Positions 44,203 through 53,783 of a stretch of DNA of 64,000 nt are shown one piece after another. Under the pieces are notes generated by a model that saw only the letters and a program-made list of their open reading frames with translations, was not told where the DNA came from and did not search any database. A program made the translations under genes and the position numbers. This DNA is from a virus (lineage: Duplodnaviria; Caudoviricetes), in the IMG/VR virus record IMGVR_UViG_3300037439_000266, positions 269 through 64,268 of that record. The stretch is one strand, 5' to 3'. The stretch's first letter is position 1; each line of letters opens with the position of its first letter.

Positions 44203-44929
44203 GGCGGCCTCCTTTCAGTTCGTTGGTCTCGTACGGGCTGGGCGTCGGGAAGCGCACCCGCAAGGCCGCGCCAGTCGAGCCGGACCACGCTTGGTCCGAG
44301 GTCGACAGGAACGAGCCCCGCAGGGTGGCGTTTCCCCACTTCGAGTGTACCTTGCAGTCCTGGCTCCGCTGGCCTCCGAGCTGCGCCCAGTTGCCCACCC
44401 AGGTGCGCTTCATATAGAACCGAGGCTCCAGCTCCCGCACCCCGTGCAGTGCCTCCAGGGCTCCAGTGAGCTGGGGTCGCTGGAGGGGAAGCGGAAGATG
44501 AAGCTCGTAGGTGAGCAGGCTGGGCACGTCGAAACCGAGCCGCTCGAAAGCCCGCCGAGTGTGGCGGCCTCGCGCGGCCCAGGCGCGGAGGCCGGGCTTG
44601 CGCTCGTAGTAGGCGATTCGCTCATCGAGACTCCCTCGGTGGAACAGCGGGACCTCGCGCATCGGGTGCAGGAGGAAGTAGTCGTCGTTGAACAGGTAGA
44701 ACGACTCGGGGCCGTTCTTCGCCAGCTCCTCGAAATTGCGCCAGGTGTTGGAGTGCTTGGGTCCTCGTTGGGCCACGGGCAGAAACTGCACGTCCTTGAC
44801 CCACTCGGGCTTGTGGCCCACAATCCAGACCCGGTCATGCCGCAGGTTTACCAGGCTCCGGAGGCTGTAACGCAGCTGGTCGTTGTGCTCCCCGGGCCCC
44901 ACCAGGTACACGATGTCGCGCCTAGGCAC
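44171..44929 (-). CDS. Stealth-like sugar-1-phosphate transferase / glycosyltransferase
   Basis: DIVY, LRYSLRS, V.IVG..P.W, FYLFNDD. Confidence 0.7.
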   Translation of the reverse strand: MPRRDIVYLVGPGEHNDQLRYSLRSLVNLRHDRVWIVGHKPEWVKDVQFLPVAQRGPKHSNTWRNFEELAKNGPESFYLFNDDYFLLHPMREVPLFHRGSLDERIAYYERKPGLRAWAARGRHTRRAFERLGFDVPSLLTYELHLPLPLQRPQLTGALEALHGVRELEPRFYMKRTWVGNWAQLGGQRSQDCKVHSKWGNATLRGSFLSTSDQAWSGSTGAALRVRFPTPSPYETNELKGGRRGTSARARRG

Positions 44930-45644
44930 GCCGGACCGCCTGACGGGCCCGGCCCCGGGAGCGCCCAATTGCCGCCGCGGGTGGCGAGACGGGCACCACG
45001 GGGCCGTTCCAGTTCAGCCCAGAGGCGGAGGCGTGCTCGCCGATGAACCGGTAGGCGTAGCGCCCCCGCCAGCCTCGGCCCTCCACCAGGGACGGCGCTT
45101 GGCGGTGCGACACCAGCGACGGCCACGGGTAGTAGACCGGAATGCCGAGCTTCATGCAGGCGGCCGAGATCCGGGAGTCATAGTTGGGGATATCCTCGAA
45201 CTCGTCGCCGATCGCCACGATCTCCTCGATCCGGGCGGTCGGCACTACGACACCCACCCCCCACATCAGTTCGTTCATCCGTACCCAGCGCAGCGCGGGC
45301 TGGGTGCGCTGGACCCTGAGCCAGATAGGCTTCCACGCCCGGGTGCGCCCCAGGTACAGCCCCAGAATCGAGTTCCGGGGAGCCGCGGCTAGAGCCTTCT
45401 CGACCCCGGCGGGCAGGTCCCGGCAGACCACGGCGTCATCCTGAATCACCATGTGGTGGGTCTTGCGGGCGTCGTAGGCCAGCAGGGAGCGGCGGCCGGT
45501 GTCCCAGCGGTCGTTGATCTGGTCCCAGACCACCTGGACCGGGCGGCCGATCCGGGCCCGCAAGCCGGGGATGTAGGATTCGCGCCTCGGGTGGGCCATG
45601 ATGGCGACGGACACCGAGAACTTCGAGTTGCGCCTAGTTGCCAC
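44922..45644 (-). CDS. GT-A fold glycosyltransferase
   Basis: IMAHPRR, HMVIQDDAVVC, PSLVSH. Confidence 0.7.
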   Translation of the reverse strand: MATRRNSKFSVSVAIMAHPRRESYIPGLRARIGRPVQVVWDQINDRWDTGRRSLLAYDARKTHHMVIQDDAVVCRDLPAGVEKALAAAPRNSILGLYLGRTRAWKPIWLRVQRTQPALRWVRMNELMWGVGVVVPTARIEEIVAIGDEFEDIPNYDSRISAACMKLGIPVYYPWPSLVSHRQAPSLVEGRGWRGRYAYRFIGEHASASGLNWNGPVVPVSPPAAAIGRSRGRARQAVRRA

Positions 45645-46335
45645 TGGGAGCCCCCCAGCCTGCACCCTTGCTGCGGGCGAACCCGAAGGTTGGCGTCTTG
45701 CCGAATTGACCGAAGCACTTCCACTTCGGACCGAGGAACCCCTGGATCTCCGCACGCTCGCCTTCGACGTAGAGCAGCGGCCGGTCCCGTTCCAGGGTCT
45801 CGACCGCCCCGGCCAGGACGTCCATGGCCGACCCCTCCACGTCGATTTTGATGAGCGCGGCTCGGCGTTCTGGGTTGAACATCCGGGCGGTCTCGGCGAT
45901 CGAGTCCAAGGTGACCACAGCGACGGAGCCGCCCTCGTCCGGCACGATTCGACCCATCCCGGAGTTGCCGGGGGGCCCAGGCTCGACGCGGCCCCGCCCC
46001 TCGGCGGCACCCAGGGCTACGTTGTAGATTTCGACCTGGTCGGCCTTGGCGTTCATGCGCACGTGCGAGTGCAGGTGCACGGCCGACTCCAGGTTGGGCT
46101 CCACGGCGACGACCGACAGACCGCACACCTTGGCGAACCAGAGAGTGTGGTTGCCGATGTGCGCGCCGACGTCAATGACGTAGCCGCCCTGGCCCCGGAG
46201 TCGTTGGTAAGCGTCTTCCAGGAGGTCCTGCTCGTACCAACGTCGGGACTTCAGGATCACGCGACCGATATGGTCGTCCTCGCTGACGTTCATAACCGCC
46301 GACCGGCGATGGGCAGTCAAATTAACTTGTGTCAT
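45634..46335 (-). CDS. FkbM-family SAM methyltransferase
   Basis: VIDVGAHIGNHT, VEPN, IKIDVEG. Confidence 0.9.
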   Translation of the reverse strand: MTQVNLTAHRRSAVMNVSEDDHIGRVILKSRRWYEQDLLEDAYQRLRGQGGYVIDVGAHIGNHTLWFAKVCGLSVVAVEPNLESAVHLHSHVRMNAKADQVEIYNVALGAAEGRGRVEPGPPGNSGMGRIVPDEGGSVAVVTLDSIAETARMFNPERRAALIKIDVEGSAMDVLAGAVETLERDRPLLYVEGERAEIQGFLGPKWKCFGQFGKTPTFGFARSKGAGWGAPSGN

Positions 46336-46961
46336 CAGTACCCCAGCTCCTCGGCCATGGCCATCGTTTTCCTCTTGGTGGGGCCCGTTGGGAGTTCGTC
46401 CCACTCCAGTCGCCGGGGCTGCCCGCCCTTGGTGTTCCAGTTGGGCGGGACGTTGGTGGGCAGCATCGCCCGGTAGAGGGCCCCTTCCAGCCGAGGCCGA
46501 CCGGAGTCTTGCAAGGCCAGCCCCAGCTGGGCCTCGTCGATCTCCTCGATCCGGATCCGGAGGGCCGCCAACCGCTCCACTCGTCGGTTCCACTGCAGCC
46601 AGTACCGCATGGCCGCGATGCGCGGGTCAAGTTCTTGGAGCAGCTCCGGGCACCAGAACCGCATGTACCGCCGGATGTTGGGGTAGCGGCTCACTCGCGA
46701 CCGGAGCCACGAATCGACCCAGGTCCGAGGGTCCCGCACCAGGTGCACCACCAGGACCTCGGCCAAGGTGCTGCCCTCCAGGAATGGGGCGGCGAACCAC
46801 GAGGACTCTACGGTTGCAGGCTCCAGCCGCCCCTGCTCCTCGGGCGTCGCCCGCCCTCGGAAGATCCGCTCATGGCCGCAGTCGACCCCGGCCAGGGTCA
46901 GGACCTGGGCGACGTACCCGGTTCCGGACCGCCCGCATCCGGTGAACACTAGGGGCTTCAT
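46335..46961 (-). CDS. Sulfotransferase-family protein
   Basis: TGCGRSGT (5'-PSB), HLVRDP..VDS, IRIEE. Confidence 0.8.
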   Translation of the reverse strand: MKPLVFTGCGRSGTGYVAQVLTLAGVDCGHERIFRGRATPEEQGRLEPATVESSWFAAPFLEGSTLAEVLVVHLVRDPRTWVDSWLRSRVSRYPNIRRYMRFWCPELLQELDPRIAAMRYWLQWNRRVERLAALRIRIEEIDEAQLGLALQDSGRPRLEGALYRAMLPTNVPPNWNTKGGQPRRLEWDELPTGPTKRKTMAMAEELGY

Positions 46962-47626
46962 TGCCAACGCCCCGTCCGGCTCCGCTTTCCATTCCAGTGG
47001 TGGACCGCCACGCACTCGGGCGGCCACGGCGGACGCGACTTCGGCTTACCGAGGTCTGACCACAGGTAGGGGTAGAACCTCTCTGGGCCGAGAAACTGCA
47101 TCGGCTCGCCGTTTTCGAAGTGCAGCTCCGTCATGAACTGCGGCCCCGACAGTCGGGTCGGGGTCTCGCCCCGGCGGCTGTGCGCCACCTCGGGTAGCCG
47201 CCGAATCAGAGTGTCCATGAACCAGTGACCCTGGGGGGACCCCATCAGGCCGTTGGCGGCCCACTTGCCGGGCACCTCCCAGGCGGCGAATGGTCGGTCC
47301 TGGTCGATTTCGCCGAACCACGAGTCCAGGGGCTTGAGGGGCTCGAAGTCCATGTCGATCCATACGCCGCCGAAGTTGCGCAGCAGCTCGTACCGCACTA
47401 CGTCCGACTTGAACTGTTCGGCGCGGTCGCGGCCGACGTACTCGCGGGGGTTGTGCCACTGGTGGGCGTTGTCGAGGTCGAACTGGCCGAGGCTCGTGGG
47501 GGTGTCGCCCCACAGGTAGAGAGTCCAATCGGGGTTCATCTCGGCCCAGGCGTTGCTGTACTCTTGGTACTGCCGGGGGACGGGGCTGCCGCCCCAGTAC
47601 TGGTGAATCACGCGCGGAATCGTCAC
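46958..47626 (-). CDS. GT32 / DXD sugar-binding glycosyltransferase
   Basis: IPRVIHQYW, KSDVVRYELL..FGGVWIDMD. Confidence 0.9.
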   Translation of the reverse strand: MTIPRVIHQYWGGSPVPRQYQEYSNAWAEMNPDWTLYLWGDTPTSLGQFDLDNAHQWHNPREYVGRDRAEQFKSDVVRYELLRNFGGVWIDMDFEPLKPLDSWFGEIDQDRPFAAWEVPGKWAANGLMGSPQGHWFMDTLIRRLPEVAHSRRGETPTRLSGPQFMTELHFENGEPMQFLGPERFYPYLWSDLGKPKSRPPWPPECVAVHHWNGKRSRTGRWQ

Positions 47627-48168
47627 GAGGTATCGCCTACCCACTCCGGGGGCATGGGCCAGCCAAGGGCCACGGCTCCGCCCAACAGTTCAATGTTGAA
47701 AGATTTCCGGAAGTGCGCGAGGTCGGGCTGCCGGATCGAGGGGTTGACGAAGCAGTGCTTCAGGCCCTCCGCCTCGGCCGCCAGGAGAATCCGATCAGCC
47801 GCGAAGGCCATGTCGAGGTAGGGCATGAAGTCGATCTCGCCGGGGGCCTTGTACGCCTCGGGGTCGACGTGCAGCAGCAGGATCACAGGAGATCGGTGAA
47901 TCCATCCCACACCTCCGACCAGAAGCCCCCCGAGTCGGGCCCGGTCGTCGCGCGCCCGGACCTCGGCGACTTGGACCGCTTGGCGGTTGCACGAGCTGGG
48001 CGCGGTTTTCGCCGCCACCAGAATCCGTTCAAGCGTTTCATCGCTGACCTCCGCCGAGTCGAAAATTCGGTCCGAGTGACAACGCGTCATCAGGTCCCGG
48101 AGCACCTCGGCCTTCCGCGCTTGGTGCTCTAGGTACCTTCGCTGGTAGATGTCATCGTCCTGCCCCAC
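47623..48168 (-). CDS. Nitroreductase-family flavoprotein (leaderless, -10 TAAAAT at 48175-48180)
   Basis: R.S.R.F, APSSCNRQ, AEAEGL..C, ALGWP. Confidence 0.85.
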   Translation of the reverse strand: MGQDDDIYQRRYLEHQARKAEVLRDLMTRCHSDRIFDSAEVSDETLERILVAAKTAPSSCNRQAVQVAEVRARDDRARLGGLLVGGVGWIHRSPVILLLHVDPEAYKAPGEIDFMPYLDMAFAADRILLAAEAEGLKHCFVNPSIRQPDLAHFRKSFNIELLGGAVALGWPMPPEWVGDTS

Positions 48169-48188
48169 CAGTCAATTTTACCTCACGG

Positions 48189-48767
48189 TCAAGGCGAGGG
48201 TGACTCACCAGGACTGTCGGAGGGGCTCTCGTCGGGCAGCTCCTCACAGCAATCGACGTACTCGGCGGCCACGGTGACCATCTGCGTTCCGCCCGAGCAG
48301 CGGCCCGAGACGGGCAGCGGGTTCCAGTCTCCGAGCAGGTAGGTGATGTCGAGGTCCCCGAAGCAGCAGATCACGGCTCGGCGCATCGCGGCGGCGTCCT
48401 GCATCTGCTTCTCGACCAAGGCTCCCCAGTCGTCGTTGCTGGGGATGGCGGTGGCGTCCGGGGTCGGGGCGCAGCGGACCGCGCCCATCTCCATCTCCAC
48501 GGCCCACGCGCGCGGGGCCGGGCAGCCGATGGCGACCTGGTCCTGCGTCGGGAAGTCGTCGATCGAGGAGGGGAAGATTCGGTTGATTCGGACCCAGGCC
48601 AGGCCCGAGCAGCACTCGTCGTCGTAGATCGACAGCAGCGGGTCGACCTGCTGGCCGGGCCGGAGGCCGACCGAGGCGGGAGGGTCGAGCACCAGGCTGA
48701 TCTGGTCTTCCAGACAGGCCACCAGAGCCTGCGCCATTGGGAACGCTACGAGGTCTGGATAGGACAT
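48189..48767 (-). CDS. Virion protein (possible tail terminator), ends DESPSDSPGESPSP
   Basis: Position after adaptor; typical of mycobacteriophage cluster-B-like layouts. Confidence 0.6.
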   Translation of the reverse strand: MSYPDLVAFPMAQALVACLEDQISLVLDPPASVGLRPGQQVDPLLSIYDDECCSGLAWVRINRIFPSSIDDFPTQDQVAIGCPAPRAWAVEMEMGAVRCAPTPDATAIPSNDDWGALVEKQMQDAAAMRRAVICCFGDLDITYLLGDWNPLPVSGRCSGGTQMVTVAAEYVDCCEELPDESPSDSPGESPSP

Positions 48768-48768
48768 T

Positions 48769-49557
48769 CTAAGTCACCCTCCGGGCGCGTCGGCGGTCTG
48801 GGCTCCACACCCGGGGCCGGGCTTGCAGAGCAAAGGGGTTCTCGGTCTGGATGACCATGTCGATCTCCTCGATTCCGGTCAAGAATCGGGAGGAGTTGCG
48901 GTCGACGTCCTCGACTTCGATCTCGACGCCCTGGCGGGTCATCCGGCGCAGGCGCTGCGGCAGGCGGCACGGCCCCCCGGCGCAGGCGCGGCCGAACTCG
49001 CAGGCGAGGATCGAGGCGGCGTCCAGGACCGTGGGCGGCACCGGCAGGCCGCGAAGATAAACGACCTCGAAGTCCGGTGGGTCCTGGTTGCCGAAGTTCA
49101 CGCAGGTGGGCCAGCACTCCCCGTCCGTGCGGACCAGGATCGACCCGTTCATGACGACGTACGAGGCTGGCGGCACGACCACCCCGGCCTGGGTGACCGA
49201 GGTGATGGCCGAGGTCCGCGTGGGGCCCTGCAGCACGAGTTCGCAGTGGGATCCGCAGCACCCGCAGCCGCCCGCGCCGGGGTTGAACCACTGGCCGTTG
49301 ACGATGTAGGGGTAGAGGCTCCAGCCTCCACCCGCCCAGCGCCCCCAACGCTCAGGGTAGACCTGGTACAGGGGAGCTTCGCTCCGGGGCATGCAGGGCT
49401 GAATGGTCACTTCGCAGGGGCCGTAGCGGCGCCCCGTGGCGGCCCACATCATTCGAGTGGCCAGCCGGATGGCCCTGGCCTGCACGTCCTGCCCGAGCTG
49501 GGGCCAGTCGGCGCAGCACAGCTCAGGCTCTAGGGTCCAATCGCAGGGAGCTACCAT
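48769..49557 (-). CDS. Head-to-tail adaptor
   Basis: A...W.ATGRRYG.C; C.LP..V....RQGV. Confidence 0.75.
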   Translation of the reverse strand: MVAPCDWTLEPELCCADWPQLGQDVQARAIRLATRMMWAATGRRYGPCEVTIQPCMPRSEAPLYQVYPERWGRWAGGGWSLYPYIVNGQWFNPGAGGCGCCGSHCELVLQGPTRTSAITSVTQAGVVVPPASYVVMNGSILVRTDGECWPTCVNFGNQDPPDFEVVYLRGLPVPPTVLDAASILACEFGRACAGGPCRLPQRLRRMTRQGVEIEVEDVDRNSSRFLTGIEEIDMVIQTENPFALQARPRVWSPDRRRARRVT

Positions 49558-49628
49558 TGCCTACCTCCAGGGCTCGGAATTTGAAGACCCCCGCCAGACC
49601 GGGCAGGTCGGCCTGGCGGGGGCGTCGA

Positions 49629-50327
49629 TCACGGCGACTCGATGGTCAGCGGCTGGCAGCCGCACAGAGGCTCCGGCGGAGCCACCTGGGTGAACATGAA
49701 CCGTCGTGGAGTCGAAGGTGCGATGGGCGTGATCATCGGCCCGGCGACGCCGAGGGCGTCGAGTTCGACGTCGTACGGCCCGGTTCCCCACGGGGTGCCG
49801 CGGTTGGAGGTGGCGCTGACCGTGAAGTTGATGCCCGCGTTCTCGATCGTGAGGTCCCCGAAGGAACCGCGCGCCAGGAACGGCATCAGGAAGTAGCCCC
49901 AGCGCTGCCCGCCCGGAGGGCAGGCGGCCGAGTTGGTGGCCGGAACCCGGCTCCACAGCTCCAGCGCGAAGAACGCCGAGGCGTAGGTCTCGTGGTCGGT
50001 GTCGAAGCCCGAGGTGTCGCCGTTGGCGTCGAGCACCAGGGGCGAGCCGGTCATCATCTCGTACAGGTCAGGGTCGACCTCGCAGAGCTGCACCTCGGCG
50101 TTGACGAAGTTCAGCAGCGGCTTGGTCTGGTCGTAGTAGCAGTAGTCCCCGTCCGCGTTCATCTGGTTGAGGACCGTGGGGGCCTCGACGTCGTCGGACA
50201 TGCCGACCGAGATGAAGCCCTTGGAGACGACTTGCGAGCATTCGCCCTCGACGGGCTCGCCGCACTCATCCAGGCGGGTGACCCGGATCCGGGTCCCTCG
50301 CACCAGCGGGTGACAGATGGTGGCCAT
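49629..50327 (-). CDS. Major tail (tube) protein, ends CGCQPLTIESP
   Basis: RG..IRVTRLD.CG motif. Confidence 0.85.
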   Translation of the reverse strand: MATICHPLVRGTRIRVTRLDECGEPVEGECSQVVSKGFISVGMSDDVEAPTVLNQMNADGDYCYYDQTKPLLNFVNAEVQLCEVDPDLYEMMTGSPLVLDANGDTSGFDTDHETYASAFFALELWSRVPATNSAACPPGGQRWGYFLMPFLARGSFGDLTIENAGINFTVSATSNRGTPWGTGPYDVELDALGVAGPMITPIAPSTPRRFMFTQVAPPEPLCGCQPLTIESP

Positions 50328-50329
50328 GG

Positions 50330-50836
50330 TCAGCCCTCCTCAGTGGTGTCAGCCAGGGCCTGGAATTGGGCCTTGGTAAAGGTTTCTACCTGCTCGGCGT
50401 CCAGCCCGATTTCCCGAGCCCACTCCGCCCAGGCGTCGCGGTTGGCCTTCTTGCCGGGGGGCTTGGGCCGCGAGACGACCGCCACGGTGACCTGACCCGG
50501 GTCGGGGAACTCGGTCTGCTCGAATTCGGGCAGGACCTCCTCCTCGTCGGGCTCATTGAGGTACAGGTACAGTTCGCGCAGGGCGGCGTCCGAGGCGCGG
50601 CGACCGACCAGGTCCTCCAGCTTCGGGTCGACCCGAATCAAGCTCTCCAGGAACTCGGGGCTCGGCGCGGTCGTCAGGGTCAGCCACATCAGGGCCAGCT
50701 CGTCGTCCACGATTGCGCCCGAGCCGTGAACGGCTCGGCGCACCCGGTGGGGGGCCCCGCCGTCCAGGAGCTGCAGGTCTCGGATCAGGGACAGGAGGTC
50801 GTGGCTGTTCTGGCTGGTGTGAATCGTAACGGTCAT
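50330..50836 (-). CDS. Virion-associated hypothetical protein, 168 aa
   Basis: Position; small helical C-domain. Confidence 0.7.
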   Translation of the reverse strand: MTVTIHTSQNSHDLLSLIRDLQLLDGGAPHRVRRAVHGSGAIVDDELALMWLTLTTAPSPEFLESLIRVDPKLEDLVGRRASDAALRELYLYLNEPDEEEVLPEFEQTEFPDPGQVTVAVVSRPKPPGKKANRDAWAEWAREIGLDAEQVETFTKAQFQALADTTEEG

Positions 50837-50839
50837 GGT

Positions 50840-51610
50840 TCAGGCCCCCAAGGTGACGCTGGCTACGGCGCACTCGACCGCCACGGCATAGACCCGCTCG
50901 GCGACCGTGAACCACTGGTTGGTGGCGCGGTCGAAGGTCTGGACCGGGTCCGGCACCTCGATGTCGGAGCGCCACACCCGGGCCTCGCCCGAGATGAAGA
51001 TGGTGCCCTCGGGGTAGCCCCCGCCCACGGACCAGATGGTACCGTAGGGCGTGCGGTAGCGGCTGCCGTCGCGTTCCCACTGCATTTCGGCGGCGGCCAA
51101 GGCCGCAACCCCGGGGCTGGCGTGAATGAAGCCCTCGCGGCCGTAGGCGGCAGTGCCGTAGAGCCACTGCTCCAGCTCGGCCACGGCTCCCGCCACGAGG
51201 ACCTCGTTGCCCAGCGCCACGTCCTGGGAGGCGAGGACGGCCGCCATGGCGGACTCGACCTCGAACTGCTCCCCGTTCTCCAGGTTCTGGCGGGCCCGCC
51301 GCTCAGACTTCGCGGCCGAGGTGCCCAGCGACCCGCAGGTGCTGGAGCCGTAGACTACGAACGGCTCCGCCTCCACGAACGCGGGGATCTCGTCGAAGAC
51401 CTTCTCGGCGGGCGACTCGTCGGCGGGCGAATCGTCCTCGCAGTCCATCGGCCAGGAGTGCGCGATCCCGCAGGTGTTGGGCTCGTAGATGAGCCCTCCG
51501 CCTGACTGGTGGTCGGTGAGTGGGAGCAGGGCCCCCACGGCGGCGAACAGCCCGTACCGCAACGGCCGGGGCATCGGCGGTTCGATGACGTCGGGTGGCA
51601 TGATTGCCAT
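50840..51610 (-). CDS. Second capsid protein (putative pentamer/vertex capsomer)
   Basis: Follows major capsid; YGLF, PFVVYG..C, T..G..V/W.GGGY. Confidence 0.65.
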   Translation of the reverse strand: MAIMPPDVIEPPMPRPLRYGLFAAVGALLPLTDHQSGGGLIYEPNTCGIAHSWPMDCEDDSPADESPAEKVFDEIPAFVEAEPFVVYGSSTCGSLGTSAAKSERRARQNLENGEQFEVESAMAAVLASQDVALGNEVLVAGAVAELEQWLYGTAAYGREGFIHASPGVAALAAAEMQWERDGSRYRTPYGTIWSVGGGYPEGTIFISGEARVWRSDIEVPDPVQTFDRATNQWFTVAERVYAVAVECAVASVTLGA

Positions 51611-51651
51611 GGCCCTGCTCCCTTCTCAGAGTTAGTTCGGTCAGATCAGGG

Positions 51652-53505
51652 TTACGGCGACTCGATGACCGACGACGCCTCGCAGAGGCAGCCGCATGGG
51701 TCGAGACGAACAGTGAACACCCGGCTGATCGGGCACATCTGCATGACCGCCCAGCCGTCCTCCACGAAGATCGCGGTGTACTGGTTGGTGGTCAGCAGGG
51801 TGCTGTCGTAGATGGTGTCGAGGTTGACGACGTCGGCCGTTGCCTTCAGCCAGGTACCCGCCGGGTACATGATGAAGCGGACCTCGGTCGGCAGCGCGGT
51901 CCGGGGGACCAGGCCACCCATTCCGCCGACTCCGCCGTCGCTGAACGCGTCCTGCCAGTCGTAGACGAAGCGCGGAACGAGGCGGCGAGCGGTGAAGAAC
52001 GACAGCAGCTCGGCGTCCGAGACCATCATCTCGAAGACCCCGCGCCGACGAGCGGCGGCAGCACGCAGCTGGGGGATCACCCAGTGCGGCAGGATCATCT
52101 CCATGGAAGTCGCGAATGGCATGCGGGCCCGGTAGAGGATGTCCTCGCGAGCTGCCTCCGCTGCGCTCAGCAGCGAGCCGAGGGCGTCGTCGCCGCCCGC
52201 ACCCAGGCAGTCCTCCATGGTGCCGCCGTCGACGGAACCGGCTTCGATTCCGGCGATGACACCCTGGTTGATCTTGTGGGCGAGGGCGATCATCGCACCT
52301 CGGCTGAACCGCTGCACGACCTCGGGGTAGCCGCGGCGCTGCAGCAGCCCTCCGGTGATGCAGACGTAGTCGACGCCGAGCCGGATGTCCTCGAATGGAG
52401 GACACGGGATCTCGGTGCAGACCTTCTCGGTCGGGATCGCGACCTCGGCCTCGGTCAGGTGGGTGTCACCTGCGTTGCCGATGCTGGTGAAGATGGTGCT
52501 GAAGTCGATGCCGCCGTCGATCGGGATGTTGAACCCGCCTCGGTCGGCCGTGACCTCAGGGACCGCCAGGAGGCCGTCCAGCGACTCCTGCTCGCACAGG
52601 TCGTAGATGGTCTCCGAAGGCGCACACCAGCCGGTGGCGGCGACGAGGTTTCCGGTCTGCTTGACCTCGGCCTCCAGAGCCGCGACCAGCGAGCCGCCCG
52701 TGAGGCGCTTCTCCGATACGGCCGACTCCATCGCCCGGAGGTTGAACTCCGCGCCGTTCTCCGAGGAGAGCCGCAGCTCGTCCGGGTACTCGCGCTTGAA
52801 GTTCACCGCCTGGTGACGGCTGAAGGTCTTCATCTTGTGGCGGTCGACGTTGCGGAAGCGACCGGCGCGGTCCACGTCCTCGACCGAGGTGACATCGACG
52901 TCGATGACCTTGGACGCCCGAGGAGCCTTGCGGATGGTCTTGTTCTTGCCGGTCATCGAGTAGGCGTCGAGGCGGTTCTGAACCACCCGGGCGGCCTGGC
53001 CGAAGCTGGTCAGCGGCGTCTGGGCGGGAACGCCCGGGACGTCCACGGCGGCGACCATCGAGGCCCGCAGGCGCGGGCTCTGAGGCTGTCCCTCGCGGAC
53101 GGGGGCCTGCGGCTGAGTGGAGCTGGCGACGTCGGCCACGCGAGGTGCGGCCGCCACGACGCCGGGGGCGACGGGCTCGACTGCTGCGGGGTCCGCGGCA
53201 GGCGGCTCGGCCACCTCGGGCTCGACGGGAGCCTGCGGCTCGGTGGGGGCCTCGGGCTCAGCCGGAGCGCTCAGCTCAGTCAGGCGGGCCTGGGAAGCGG
53301 CGAACCGGTCGCGGCGCTCGCGCTCGGCGACCACCGGCCCGGACAGCTCAGCGAGCTGGTCCATCTGCTCCACGACCTCTTCGGTCAGGGCGTCTCCCGT
53401 GAGGGCCGCGAATTCGGCTCCCACGGTGGCGAACTGTCCGATCAGCTCCTGGAGAGCCTGGTCCGACAGGCCCCGGAGGTTATCCGGAACGATTGGGAAA
53501 GTCAT
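51652..53505 (-). CDS. Major capsid protein with N-terminal scaffold-like domain, ends CGCLCEASSVIESP
   Basis: GWCAPSETIYD; HK97-type C-half. Confidence 0.9.
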   Translation of the reverse strand: MTFPIVPDNLRGLSDQALQELIGQFATVGAEFAALTGDALTEEVVEQMDQLAELSGPVVAERERRDRFAASQARLTELSAPAEPEAPTEPQAPVEPEVAEPPAADPAAVEPVAPGVVAAAPRVADVASSTQPQAPVREGQPQSPRLRASMVAAVDVPGVPAQTPLTSFGQAARVVQNRLDAYSMTGKNKTIRKAPRASKVIDVDVTSVEDVDRAGRFRNVDRHKMKTFSRHQAVNFKREYPDELRLSSENGAEFNLRAMESAVSEKRLTGGSLVAALEAEVKQTGNLVAATGWCAPSETIYDLCEQESLDGLLAVPEVTADRGGFNIPIDGGIDFSTIFTSIGNAGDTHLTEAEVAIPTEKVCTEIPCPPFEDIRLGVDYVCITGGLLQRRGYPEVVQRFSRGAMIALAHKINQGVIAGIEAGSVDGGTMEDCLGAGGDDALGSLLSAAEAAREDILYRARMPFATSMEMILPHWVIPQLRAAAARRRGVFEMMVSDAELLSFFTARRLVPRFVYDWQDAFSDGGVGGMGGLVPRTALPTEVRFIMYPAGTWLKATADVVNLDTIYDSTLLTTNQYTAIFVEDGWAVMQMCPISRVFTVRLDPCGCLCEASSVIESP

Positions 53506-53602
53506 GACTGCACATCCTCTCAGATGTCTCTGTCCCGGCCGGACCAAGGCCGACGCTGAATTTTCTTCCGGGCAAGCCTACCACGAAAGCGGTTTCGAAT
53601 TG

Positions 53603-53770
53603 TTACGACTCGATCGGTTCGATCGTGGCCTTGGGGTCCCGGGAGGCCCGGATGCGGGCCGCCGCGAGGGAGCTGCGCTCCTCGGTCTTGCCGTCCGAGT
53701 ATCGGATCAGGAACCTCTGGGGGGTCTTGGCACTCTTGCCGCAGCACGCCCCGGGAGTCTTAGTAGTCAT
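53603..53770 (-). CDS. 55-aa head-module microprotein (GACCGK...)
   Basis: Translated manually; RBS gaaagg. Confidence 0.65.
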   Translation of the reverse strand: MTTKTPGACCGKSAKTPQRFLIRYSDGKTEERSSLAAARIRASRDPKATIEPIES

Positions 53771-53783
53771 TTTCTCTGCCTTT

